Assembly (NCBI GenBank): GCA_039630235.1
Contig: JBCNVI010000002.1
Location: 57,501-121,500, forward strand
Reading direction: 5' to 3'
DNA from: Candidatus Hydrothermales bacterium
GTDB lineage: Bacteria > Hydrothermota > Hydrothermia > Hydrothermales > JAJRUZ01
DNA: 64,000 nucleotides
Shown here in pieces: positions 7,897-15,961 of this stretch (position 1 is its first letter; every line of letters begins with the position of its first letter). The position numbers were made by a program, and so were the translations under genes. The notes under the pieces are model-generated. The model was not told the DNA's origin. It ran no database searches and saw nothing but the letters and a program-made list of their open reading frames with translations.

Positions 7897-9225
7897 ATGG
7901 AAACAAAAAGGGAGGAAAAAAATAAGGAAACTTTGAGGGGGGAAGAACCTCCCCCTTTAGCGGCTCTCTCAGTAGATACTGAGGAGAAATACTTTTGGCA
8001 GAGGTACCCCCTATATAGAGATATTCCCCCTGAAGTTTTCTACGATTGGAAATGGCAAATCAAAAATCTAATTAGAACACCCGAAAAGCTCTTTGAGGCC
8101 TTCCCCTTTCTAAGCGAAAAAGAAAAAAGAGAAATAAGATTAGTTGCAAGAAGCTATCCTATTCTTATTTCACCCTACTACCTTTCACTTATAGACCCTG
8201 ATAATCCAGATGATCCAATAAGAAAGCAAGCTATACCCACAATTCTTGAGATTAAAGATAAAACGGGAGTAAGGGATCCCCTTGAAGAAGAGGAAGATGA
8301 AGCTGCCCCTGGACTTATCCATAGATATCCCGATAGGGCACTTTTAATTACCACAAACTTTTGCACAACTTACTGTAGACATTGTACACGAAAGAGATTA
8401 CTTGGAAAAGGTGGAACTGTTAGGGTCTATAATGAGTTTAATAAAGTAACAGATTATTTAAGTAAACATCCCGAGATTAACGAAATTATACTTTCGGGTG
8501 GTGATCCATTGACACTACCTCTCCTTAAGTTAAAGTTTATTCTTGATGAACTAAGTAAAGTACCTACAATACAAATAGTCAGAATAGGTTCAAGAGTTCC
8601 TGTAACTCTTCCTATGAGACTCTTTGATGAGGAACTTTTAAAACTTCTTTCAAGTTATGATTTTCTGTGGCTCAACACTCACTTCAATCATCCAAATGAA
8701 ATTACAGAACTTTCAAAAAAGGCAGTTTTAAATCTTTTAAAGTGCGGTATACCAGTAAATAACCAAACTGTTCTTTTAAAGGGAGTAAACGATAACGTGG
8801 AAATCATGAGAGAGCTTTTAAAAGGTCTACTAAGAATAAAGGTAAGACCCTATTATCTTTTCCACTGTGACCCTACAAAGGGTGTATCTCACTTTAGAAC
8901 CTCAGTTTATAAAGGAATAGAAATAATGGAAGCTTTAAAGGGACATATTTCAGGACTTGCAATACCTACCTACGTTGTAGATGCACCCCACGGGGGAGGA
9001 AAAATCCCTATTATGCCAAACTACATCATATCACTCTCTGACAATAAAATTATTTTGCGAAATTATGAAGGTATGATAGTTTCCTACTCCTGGAATAACG
9101 AGGAAAAAGAGGAAAATCTAAACTCGTTCGTTAAGGAAGGGGTATACGGACTAATCAAGGGAGAGGGAAAGTATCTAGTTCCAGAGGGTTTAAATAGGAT
9201 AGAAAGAAGGAGAAGTAGAAAGTAG
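7897..9225 (+). CDS. kamA: Lysine 2,3-aminomutase (radical SAM, PLP-dependent; KamA/AblA family)
   Basis: CTTYCRHC radical-SAM cluster motif at 8362-8385. Both lysine-epsilon-amine-binding Asp residues are retained (HCDPT and VVDAP), as is the PLP Lys in GGGK. The 37/7-residue spacing matches the Clostridium enzyme. Confidence 0.85.
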   Translation: METKREEKNKETLRGEEPPPLAALSVDTEEKYFWQRYPLYRDIPPEVFYDWKWQIKNLIRTPEKLFEAFPFLSEKEKREIRLVARSYPILISPYYLSLIDPDNPDDPIRKQAIPTILEIKDKTGVRDPLEEEEDEAAPGLIHRYPDRALLITTNFCTTYCRHCTRKRLLGKGGTVRVYNEFNKVTDYLSKHPEINEIILSGGDPLTLPLLKLKFILDELSKVPTIQIVRIGSRVPVTLPMRLFDEELLKLLSSYDFLWLNTHFNHPNEITELSKKAVLNLLKCGIPVNNQTVLLKGVNDNVEIMRELLKGLLRIKVRPYYLFHCDPTKGVSHFRTSVYKGIEIMEALKGHISGLAIPTYVVDAPHGGGKIPIMPNYIISLSDNKIILRNYEGMIVSYSWNNEEKEENLNSFVKEGVYGLIKGEGKYLVPEGLNRIERRRSRK

Positions 9226-9254
9226 TCAAAAATTTAGAGCTAGAAGCTAAGGTT

Positions 9255-10250
9255 ATGAAGATAGGAATCGCCTTTGATCTTAAACCTAAAGAAGTGCCTT
9301 CTTTTTTACCTGAGGATATCTTTGAGGAATTCGATTCAGAGCAAACTATTGAATCAATAGGAAAGGCTCTTAAAAATCTCGGATTTGAGGTCTTTTATCT
9401 TGGTAGTGGAAAAGCCTTTATCGAAAAAATCTTAGTAAATAAGCCTGATTTTGTGTTTAACATAGCTGAGGGTTTTGGTACAAGATCAAGAGAGGGACAC
9501 ATTCCCTCTATCTGTGAAGTTTTCAACATACCCTATTCTGGCTCTGATCCCTTAGCCCTGAACGTAACTCTTGATAAGGAACTTTGTAAGAGATTTGCCA
9601 AATCCCTAAACATTAGAACCCCTTACTTTAAGGTAATTAAAAGTAAAAAAGACGTTAAAAACTTTAAGTTTAATAAGTTCCCCTGTGTTTTAAAACTAAA
9701 AAACGAAGGATCTAGTATCGGTCTCAGGCTTTCATCAAAAGTAAACAGCTTAGAGGAGCTAAAAGATAAAGCTTTAGAACTTTTTGAACTTTATAATGAG
9801 GAAATCCTTGTAGAAAAATTCATCGCTGGAAAAGAGATTACAGTTGGAATTATAGGGAATAAAAGGATCAAATTTTTAGGTTTCATGGAAATAAGACCTA
9901 AAAAGCTTGAACTTCCTAATTTTCTCTACTCTCTTGAGATAAAGAGAAACTTTAGGGAAGAGGTAGAATATATTGTACCCCCTGAAATACCGGGGGAGAC
10001 ATTAAAGGAAATAAAAAGATACGTTCTTAAGTTATTTAGATATTTAAATTTAAGGGATTTTGCAAGATTTGATTTTAGATTAGATGAGGATTTAAAGCCA
10101 TATTTTCTTGAGATTAATCCACTTCCAGGATTAAATCCTGAAACAAGTGATTTTCCTATAATGGTTTATAAAAGTGGACTTACTTACGATGAAATAATAA
10201 AAATGATACTATACAGTGCCTTTGAAAGATACGGTATTAAAAAAAAATAA
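9255..10250 (+). CDS. ATP-grasp ligase, D-Ala-D-Ala-ligase-like (paralogue 1)
   Basis: 331 aa with Ddl-like architecture: N-domain FNIAEGFG..REGHIPSICEVFNIPYSGSDP, ATP-grasp core VLKLKNEGSSIGL, EKFIAGKEITVGI and FDFRLDE...YFLEINPLPG. Confidence 0.8.
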   Translation: MKIGIAFDLKPKEVPSFLPEDIFEEFDSEQTIESIGKALKNLGFEVFYLGSGKAFIEKILVNKPDFVFNIAEGFGTRSREGHIPSICEVFNIPYSGSDPLALNVTLDKELCKRFAKSLNIRTPYFKVIKSKKDVKNFKFNKFPCVLKLKNEGSSIGLRLSSKVNSLEELKDKALELFELYNEEILVEKFIAGKEITVGIIGNKRIKFLGFMEIRPKKLELPNFLYSLEIKRNFREEVEYIVPPEIPGETLKEIKRYVLKLFRYLNLRDFARFDFRLDEDLKPYFLEINPLPGLNPETSDFPIMVYKSGLTYDEIIKMILYSAFERYGIKKK

Positions 10251-10251
10251 A

Positions 10252-11193
10252 ATGAGAGTTTGTATACTTTTTAATACCTCACGATATATCGGTAGACCTG
10301 ATATAGAAAGTGTTTATGATGAGGTTAATATGGTTAAAGAAGCTCTAAAGCAATTGTCCTATGACTATTTTCTTCTTCCTGTCGACAGAAGCTATCAATG
10401 GATAGATAGGTTAAAGGAAAGGGATTTCGATGTTGTTTTTAATCTCTGTGAAGATTTTGATGGCAATCCAGAGGGGGAAAGTTGGGTTGCTGGAATTCTT
10501 GAAACACTTAGTATTCCATATACGGGCTCACCTCCAACAAGTCTATCTATCTGTTTGGATAAGATAAAAGCAAAAATCTTGGTTTCCTTTCACGGCATAA
10601 AAACTCCATCATTTTTTTTGCCCAATTCAGATAACATTAAATTCTTACCTCTAATTTTAAAACCTATAAGATGTGATGCAAGTCTACATATTGAGAAAAA
10701 AAATGTAATTTATAAAGTAGAAGATTACTTTAAATTTTTAGAGGAGGTAAAGAATTTAAATGTTGAGTTCTTTGCTGAAGAATACATAGATGGAAGAGAG
10801 TTTAATGTTTCTATCTTTGACGATAAAGTGATAGGAATAGGAGAGGTTGTCTTTAAAACAAATCCAAAAGTCTTAACTTATAGTTCAAAATGGAACAAAA
10901 AAAGCAAAGAGTACCTTTTAACTCCAGTCATTTATCCTGCAAAACTGGATGAGGACAAAAAGAGGGAAATTGAAAATCTTTCGCTTAAAGTTTTTAAAAT
11001 ACTTGAAATGAGAGACTACGGAAGAGTAGATCTAAGGATGGATGAAAGTGGTACAGTCTATTTTATTGAAGCAAACCCCAATCCGGATGTATCTTACAAC
11101 TCTGGTTTCTATAGAGCCCTAAAATACGCTGGCATTTCTTACGCTAACTTTGTTAAAAGGCTAATTGAGAAGGCCTTGACAAGAAGCGAGTGA
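10252..11193 (+). CDS. ATP-grasp ligase, D-Ala-D-Ala-ligase-like (paralogue 2)
   Basis: The start is placed at the internal ATG (MRVCILFN), 1 nt after the upstream stop. Motifs: FNLCEDFDG...ILETLSIPYTGSPP, EEYIDGREFNVSI, VDLRMDESGTVYFIEANPNP. Confidence 0.8.
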   Translation: MRVCILFNTSRYIGRPDIESVYDEVNMVKEALKQLSYDYFLLPVDRSYQWIDRLKERDFDVVFNLCEDFDGNPEGESWVAGILETLSIPYTGSPPTSLSICLDKIKAKILVSFHGIKTPSFFLPNSDNIKFLPLILKPIRCDASLHIEKKNVIYKVEDYFKFLEEVKNLNVEFFAEEYIDGREFNVSIFDDKVIGIGEVVFKTNPKVLTYSSKWNKKSKEYLLTPVIYPAKLDEDKKREIENLSLKVFKILEMRDYGRVDLRMDESGTVYFIEANPNPDVSYNSGFYRALKYAGISYANFVKRLIEKALTRSE

Positions 11194-11657
11194 AATTAGA
11201 GGAATTAAAAGTAAAAAAGATTTCTAATGAACATAGGCATTTTGTTGAAGACATAGTTAATAAAACTCAAGATTTTTCGGAAAAAGATAAAAAAACATGT
11301 CTCAATGTTTTTGATGGAATAGAAAAGGGTGAGTATGAGGGGTTAGGAGTATTCAAAGGTGAGAAGCTCACAGGATTTATACTATTTACAGAGAATTCTC
11401 TTGCAGACTCTGTTATTGAACTTTTATGGATAGCAGTTGATCCAGATTTTTATGGAAAGGGTGTAGCACAAATCCTCTGGGATGAATTTTTTAAAGAGGT
11501 TAAAAAGAGAAACGCAAGATTGATTGTCTTAGAAACTCAACCCAGACATAAAAGGGCTAGGGCATTTTATAGGAAAATCGGATTTGAAAAGGAAGCGGAA
11601 ATTAGAGATTTTTATGCAGAGGGGGAACCTAAAGAGATCTGGGTAAAAAGAATTTAG
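11190..11657 (+). CDS. GNAT-family N-acetyltransferase
   Basis: 155 aa. The acetyl-CoA pocket is WIAVDPDFYGKGVAQIL, followed by ...FYRKIGFE. The GTG start overlaps the upstream TGA (GTGA). Confidence 0.8.
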   Translation: MKLEELKVKKISNEHRHFVEDIVNKTQDFSEKDKKTCLNVFDGIEKGEYEGLGVFKGEKLTGFILFTENSLADSVIELLWIAVDPDFYGKGVAQILWDEFFKEVKKRNARLIVLETQPRHKRARAFYRKIGFEKEAEIRDFYAEGEPKEIWVKRI

Positions 11658-11669
11658 CTCTGAGTAAAC

Positions 11670-12308
11670 TTAGAACTTTTCACTTTTTATAAAAGAGTAT
11701 AATCTATAGATTCCATTGTCCCATCTCCATACATTTACCAGCATTAAGCCAAAAATCATAATATAGGGATTTTTAAAGATCTCTGTTAAGATGGAAAAAA
11801 TAAATATGACAAAAACAACAATATCTCTTGTATCTCTTACCAAATGTCTTTTGAAACCCTTTGTATTTTTAACTATGAATTGGGTAATAAGTCTAGTTGC
11901 TATTGTCAATGAAACAGTAAAGAGAATAAGTGTGTTGCTTATTTTATACTTAGTAAGGGATAAACCAAAAGAGAAAGCAGCAATAGAGTCGACTATATAA
12001 TCACACACAGTATCTAAAAGTGCTCCACCTTGTGAACTTAATTTTTTCTTTCTTGCAATCTCTCCATCAACACCGTCAAAAATTGATGCAAGTTGATAAA
12101 AGAGGCCAGTTAAAAAGATGTTTTTAATAATTCCGGATATTATAAGTAGACTCGAAAATATAAAAAGGAAAAAAAGAGTTATTTTGTTAGGGGTAACGTT
12201 TGTTTTTATTAAAATTTTTGTAAAAAGAGAGGATATGTACCTGTTTAGACGTTTAGAAATTATTCCATCCTTTGGTTTTGAGTCTGGGTGTGCCTTAAAC
12301 AATATCAT
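11670..12308 (-). CDS. CDP-alcohol phosphatidyltransferase family protein
   Basis: Signature D(x2)DG(x2)AR(x8)G(x3)D(x3)D is present as FDGVDGEIARKKKLSSQGGALLDTVCDYIVD. 212 aa, multi-TM. Confidence 0.85.
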   Translation of the reverse strand: MILFKAHPDSKPKDGIISKRLNRYISSLFTKILIKTNVTPNKITLFFLFIFSSLLIISGIIKNIFLTGLFYQLASIFDGVDGEIARKKKLSSQGGALLDTVCDYIVDSIAAFSFGLSLTKYKISNTLILFTVSLTIATRLITQFIVKNTKGFKRHLVRDTRDIVVFVIFIFSILTEIFKNPYIMIFGLMLVNVWRWDNGIYRLYSFIKSEKF

Positions 12309-12804
12309 TTTCTTCTAAGTCCTTTAATATTAATTTTAAAGATTCTTCTTCAGATAGTTTAGATGTATCAATTATTAAGGAGTTTGGGGTTATGTTTTTT
12401 AGTAAACTGTTATAAAATTCTAGAAGTCTTTCCTCTCCCTTGGGTTCAACAGAACTTCTATCTCTTTCTAATAGAGTCTCAAAGGGCGGATTTAAAAGAT
12501 AAATCCTATATTTTACTCCCCTTTTTTTTATATATTTTAAAACTTTAGACAACTCTTTTTTGTATGTAAATGAGTAATCGAGAATAAGAGAGTACCCCTC
12601 TTTTAGTAATTTTTTAATGATCTCATAGTAAATTTTAAATCTTATTCTATTTTTTTCAAATTTTTTTTTAATTTTGAAGATCTCGTCATATTGAACAAGT
12701 ACTACTCCTTTTTCTTTGAGGTTTTCAAAAAGCCTCTTAGAGATCGCGGTTTTTCCTGCCCTTGGAGCACCTCTCATAATAATGGCGAATTGAGAATTAC
12801 TCAT
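12295..12804 (-). CDS. P-loop NTPase / small-molecule kinase-like protein (AAA_33/zeta-like)
   Basis: Walker A is MRGAPRAGKTAIS. 169 aa. Overlaps the downstream CDP-alcohol transferase gene by 14 nt. Confidence 0.55.
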   Translation of the reverse strand: MSNSQFAIIMRGAPRAGKTAISKRLFENLKEKGVVLVQYDEIFKIKKKFEKNRIRFKIYYEIIKKLLKEGYSLILDYSFTYKKELSKVLKYIKKRGVKYRIYLLNPPFETLLERDRSSVEPKGEERLLEFYNSLLKNITPNSLIIDTSKLSEEESLKLILKDLEENDIV

Positions 12805-12872
12805 AATGAAATCTTAAATTGAATTTTTGTTTAAATTAATTATATACTAAGAAAATAAAAAAGGGGAAACCT

Positions 12873-13259
12873 ATGAAAGCCGTAATAATAATGGGTTCAA
12901 AGGCTGACTACGATCATGCAATAAAAATATTTGATAAATTAAAGGGGTTCGGCATAGAGTGTGTTCTAAGGGTTGCTTCGGCTCACAAAACCCCCCTGAA
13001 AGTCTTAGAAATCTTAAAAGAATACGAAGATCAAGATGTTGTATTTATTACTGTAGCAGGAAGAAGTAACGCATTAAGTGGATTTGTTGATGCTAACACA
13101 ACAAAACCATGTATTGCTGCACCGCCTTATAGTGATAAGTTCAGCGGCGCCGATATATTTTCAAGCTTAAGAATGCCCTCTGGTGTAGCACCCCTGACAG
13201 TTCTTGAACCTGAGGGAGCTGCTCTAGCCTACCTTAAAAATAATGGCTATGAAAGATAA
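12873..13259 (+). CDS. purE: AIR carboxylase, class II PurE signature
   Basis: MGSKADYDH and SAHKTP motifs. The loop VAGRSNALSG...PCIAAPP (13056-13082) resembles class II VAGRSNGLGP...CPP rather than class I AGGAAHLPG. It is short (128 aa). Confidence 0.75.
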   Translation: MKAVIIMGSKADYDHAIKIFDKLKGFGIECVLRVASAHKTPLKVLEILKEYEDQDVVFITVAGRSNALSGFVDANTTKPCIAAPPYSDKFSGADIFSSLRMPSGVAPLTVLEPEGAALAYLKNNGYER

Positions 13260-13347
13260 AAATTTAGAAGAGAGGTTAAAAAAATATAAAGAAGCTAAAA
13301 TAAAAGAAATTGAAGAATCTGATAGAGAACTTAGAGGGAAATAAGCT

Positions 13348-14370
13348 ATGGGAAGCGTAAAGGATTTAATAGTAATAAAAAAACCAGAATCGAATTTTTC
13401 TGGAGTGGGTAGATTTGAGTTTTCTGATAGGTACTCTGTCTTTGATTGGGGAGAAATGCCAGATCAAATAGAGGGCAAAGGAAAAGCCACATGTATAGTA
13501 ACAGCTTACTTTTTTGAAAAACTTGAGGAAATAGGTATTAAAACTCACTATTTGGGGCTTTATGAGGACAGCACCTTAAAAAAACTTAAAGATTTAAAGG
13601 AACCATGTAACGTCATGGAGATAAAACTTCTAAGAGTTTTAAGACCGGAGATTAAAGAGGGTACCTACGACTACTCAATTTATAAAAAAGAAAAGGGAAA
13701 CTTTTTAATACCTCTTGAGATAATTTATAGAAATTCGCTTCCTGAAGGTTCGTCAGTTTTTAAAAGGCTAAGAGAAGGTAAGTTGAAACTGGAGGATATC
13801 GGTTTAAAGGAAATGCCAAAACCAGGTCATAAACTTGATAGTCCTTTAATTGACGTATCCACAAAACTCGAAATAACAGATAGATACGTTACCTTAAACG
13901 AGGCTAAAGAGATTGCAGCCCTGAAAGATGAGGAAATCGAAGAGATAAAGTCTAAAACACTTTTAATAAATAGTTTAATTACCGAGGAAGTAAAGAAAAT
14001 TAGTCTTTCTAATGAAGATGGGAAATTTGAGTTTGGGTTTGACGAAAATAGGAATTTAATAGTTGTGGACGCTATTGGTACACTTGATGAATGTCGCTTT
14101 ACCTATGAGGGAATTCATTTAAGTAAAGAAATAGCAAGGATATATTATAGAAAAACAGAGTGGTACGAAGAGGTTGAAAAGGCAAAAGAAAAGGATAGAA
14201 TAAATTGGAAAAAACACGTCGGAGTTTTACCCCCTAAATTACCTTCCGAACTAAAGAAGATAATAGAGGATATATATAAGGCCTACGCAAACGAACTAAC
14301 AGAAAGAGAATGGTTCAAAGTAAGACCACTAAAAGAAATTGTTAGGGATTTAAGGGAGTATTTAAGCTAG
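13348..14370 (+). CDS. purC: SAICAR synthetase (long form)
   Basis: N-terminal GSVKDL and FEFSDRYSVFDWGEMPD. 340 aa. Adjacent to purE. Confidence 0.85.
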   Translation: MGSVKDLIVIKKPESNFSGVGRFEFSDRYSVFDWGEMPDQIEGKGKATCIVTAYFFEKLEEIGIKTHYLGLYEDSTLKKLKDLKEPCNVMEIKLLRVLRPEIKEGTYDYSIYKKEKGNFLIPLEIIYRNSLPEGSSVFKRLREGKLKLEDIGLKEMPKPGHKLDSPLIDVSTKLEITDRYVTLNEAKEIAALKDEEIEEIKSKTLLINSLITEEVKKISLSNEDGKFEFGFDENRNLIVVDAIGTLDECRFTYEGIHLSKEIARIYYRKTEWYEEVEKAKEKDRINWKKHVGVLPPKLPSELKKIIEDIYKAYANELTEREWFKVRPLKEIVRDLREYLS

Positions 14371-14386
14371 AAGTAATATAAGATAC

Positions 14387-15115
14387 TCACACCATCCCAC
14401 CATCGATTTGGATCACACATCCAGTTATGTAAGATGCCTTAGAAGAGGCAAGAAAAGATAAAAGCTCTGCAACTTCTTCTGGTTTTCCAAATCTTTTTAG
14501 GGGAATTTGCTCTAAGTATTTCTTTTTCACTTCTTCAGGTAATTTTTCTGTCATAGGTGTTTCGATAAAACCAGGTGCAACTGCAATTACTCTTATATTC
14601 CTAGAACCAACCTCTTTTGCAAGTGATTTTGTAAAGGCAATAAGAGCTGCCTTTGAGGCAGAGTAATTACATTGTCCGATATTACCTGTTATCCCCACAA
14701 CTGATGAAATATTTATAATTACACCTGATTCTTGCTTCATCATCATCTTTACGATCTCTCTTGTTAAGAGAAAGACTCCCCTTAGATTCACGTTAAGTAC
14801 AAGGTCCCAATCCTCTTCTTTCATCCTTACAAGTAGTGCATCTTTTGTAACACCTGCGTTATTTACAAGAACATCAATCCTTTCGTTCCTTAATCTTACT
14901 TCCTGAAGGAATTTATCTATGTCTCCCTTTTTTGATATGTCACCTTTAAAATACCACCCCCTATCCATTATGCTTTCTTCCCAGAAACTTTTAAGCCTTT
15001 CTTCGTCTTTGTCAAAAAGGATAACTCTTGCACCATACTCAACGAACTTCTTTGCGGTTGCCTTTCCTATCCCTGAAGAACCACCTGTTATGATAGATGT
15101 TTTTCCCTCAAGCAT
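14387..15115 (-). CDS. fabG: 3-oxoacyl-ACP reductase (SDR)
   Basis: TGGSSGIGKA cofactor motif, NNAG, catalytic YSASKAA, C-terminal YITGCVIQIDGG. Confidence 0.85.
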   Translation of the reverse strand: MLEGKTSIITGGSSGIGKATAKKFVEYGARVILFDKDEERLKSFWEESIMDRGWYFKGDISKKGDIDKFLQEVRLRNERIDVLVNNAGVTKDALLVRMKEEDWDLVLNVNLRGVFLLTREIVKMMMKQESGVIINISSVVGITGNIGQCNYSASKAALIAFTKSLAKEVGSRNIRVIAVAPGFIETPMTEKLPEEVKKKYLEQIPLKRFGKPEEVAELLSFLASSKASYITGCVIQIDGGMV

Positions 15116-15382
15116 ATTTCCCCCCTTTAATTAAAACTAAAACATATAAAAATTTCATTCTAAAAGCCTTACACTCAAAATTTGTTTTTTCATTAGCTTT
15201 TTGTATAACTCTTTAATGCTTTTACTACACATCCGGTGCTAGAAGTTGCACCTCTATTGCAATTATTTGCGCAAGTTTGAATGTATTTCTTTTTCACTCG
15301 ATTTATATTTTAAAAGCAAAAGTATTTGTAACACAAGTTAGATTTTATTTTTTTATAATAAAAAGGTTTTATAATTAAAAAG

Positions 15383-15401
15383 TTAAATTAGGCTAACAAA
15401 G
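15383..15401. promoter_or_regulatory. DtxR/IdeR-type iron-box-like operator
   Basis: TTAAATTAGGCTAACAAAG matches 14 of 19 positions of the TTAGGTTAGGCTAACCTAA consensus. It lies immediately upstream of the dtxR-like start codon (15410). Confidence 0.35.
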
Positions 15402-15409
15402 TTAGAAAA

Positions 15410-15735
15410 ATGAAACATTTAAGTTCTTCTTTGGAAGATTATCTTGAGGCAATTTATATTTTGAAAGAAAAGAAGGGATTTGCGAGGGTTTCAGAGATTG
15501 CAAATTTCTTGAACGTAAGTATGTCATCTGTCAATTCAGCAATTAAAACTCTTGCGAAAAAGGTAAGAGAGAAGCAAAAAAGATTTATTCAAGAGATCTT
15601 ACTTTAAAAAAATTTTTGAAAGAAATTTTAAAGGTAAAAGAGAAAAAGACTGAGAAAGACGCTTGTAAGATAGAACATCATATAAGTAAAGAGACGTTAA
15701 ATAAACTTGCTAAAGTATATAGAGAGTGTAATTAA
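15410..15735 (+). pseudogene. DtxR/MntR-family metalloregulator, frameshifted with an internal deletion
   Basis: The N-terminal HTH is intact (SSSLEDYLEAIYILKEKKGFARVSEIANFLNVSMSSVNSAIKTLAKK) but the frame stops at 15605-15607. The metal-site/dimerisation part continues in another frame from about 15562 (GKREAKKIYSRDLTLKKFLKEILKV...DACKIEHHISKETLNKL). The usual GLV.Y.KY..I.LTE segment between the two parts is missing. Confidence 0.7.
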
Positions 15736-15737
15736 AG

Positions 15738-15961
15738 ATGATTCTAAGCGAGGTAAAAAAGGAAAAGTTAAAATTGTAGGTTTTTAGGAGGAAAAAAATT
15801 TTCAAAGAAGGATGAGTGCTTTAGGAATTTTTTTAAATGATATTGTTGAAATTATTGCAAATAACTATTACGGTTCTGTGATTATAGGTAAAAGGACTTT
15901 AAGAGTAGGGATAGGATGGAAAATAGCAAGCAAAATACTTGTAGAAAAAGTAGAGAGTTGA
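15738..15961 (+). pseudogene. feoA: feoA remnant (frameshift plus in-frame stop)
   Basis: MILSEVKKEKLKL* is followed, in another frame, by ...MSALGIFLNDIVEIIANNYYGSVIIGKRTLRVGIGWKIASKILVEKVES*, which is the FeoA SH3-like C-terminus. No single frame spans the gene. Confidence 0.65.

Noticed and set aside
7897-9225. Alternative call of the radical-SAM aminomutase as glutamate 2,3-aminomutase (beta-glutamate pathway)
   Set aside because: Both lysine-specific Asp residues (HCDPT, VVDAP) are retained, whereas the glutamate enzymes carry Lys/Asn at these positions. The EpmB (EF-P modification) alternative is not fully excluded, but the protein is longer (442 aa) and no efp/epmA is adjacent.
13243-13344. 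33-codon ORF between purE and purC as a purS-like gene
   Set aside because: It is too short, highly charged and coiled-coil-like, with no PurS resemblance. I kept it only as a note within the purE/purC finding.
15116-15382. Possible structured RNA in the 294-nt fabG/dtxR intergenic region (small hairpin GGTGC-N8-GCACC, palindrome TTGCGCAA)
   Set aside because: Only short isolated stems are present and I recognise no riboswitch or sRNA family. It is more simply two divergent promoter regions plus the iron-box-like site.
15916-15957. ATG-initiated N-terminal extension of feoB (MENSKQNTCRKSRE) given in the ORF track
   Set aside because: This stretch overlaps the feoA C-terminus in another frame. 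The conserved FeoB N-terminus (KRVAIIGNPNSGKS) begins at the TTG at 15958, which overlaps the feoA stop in the usual coupled arrangement.
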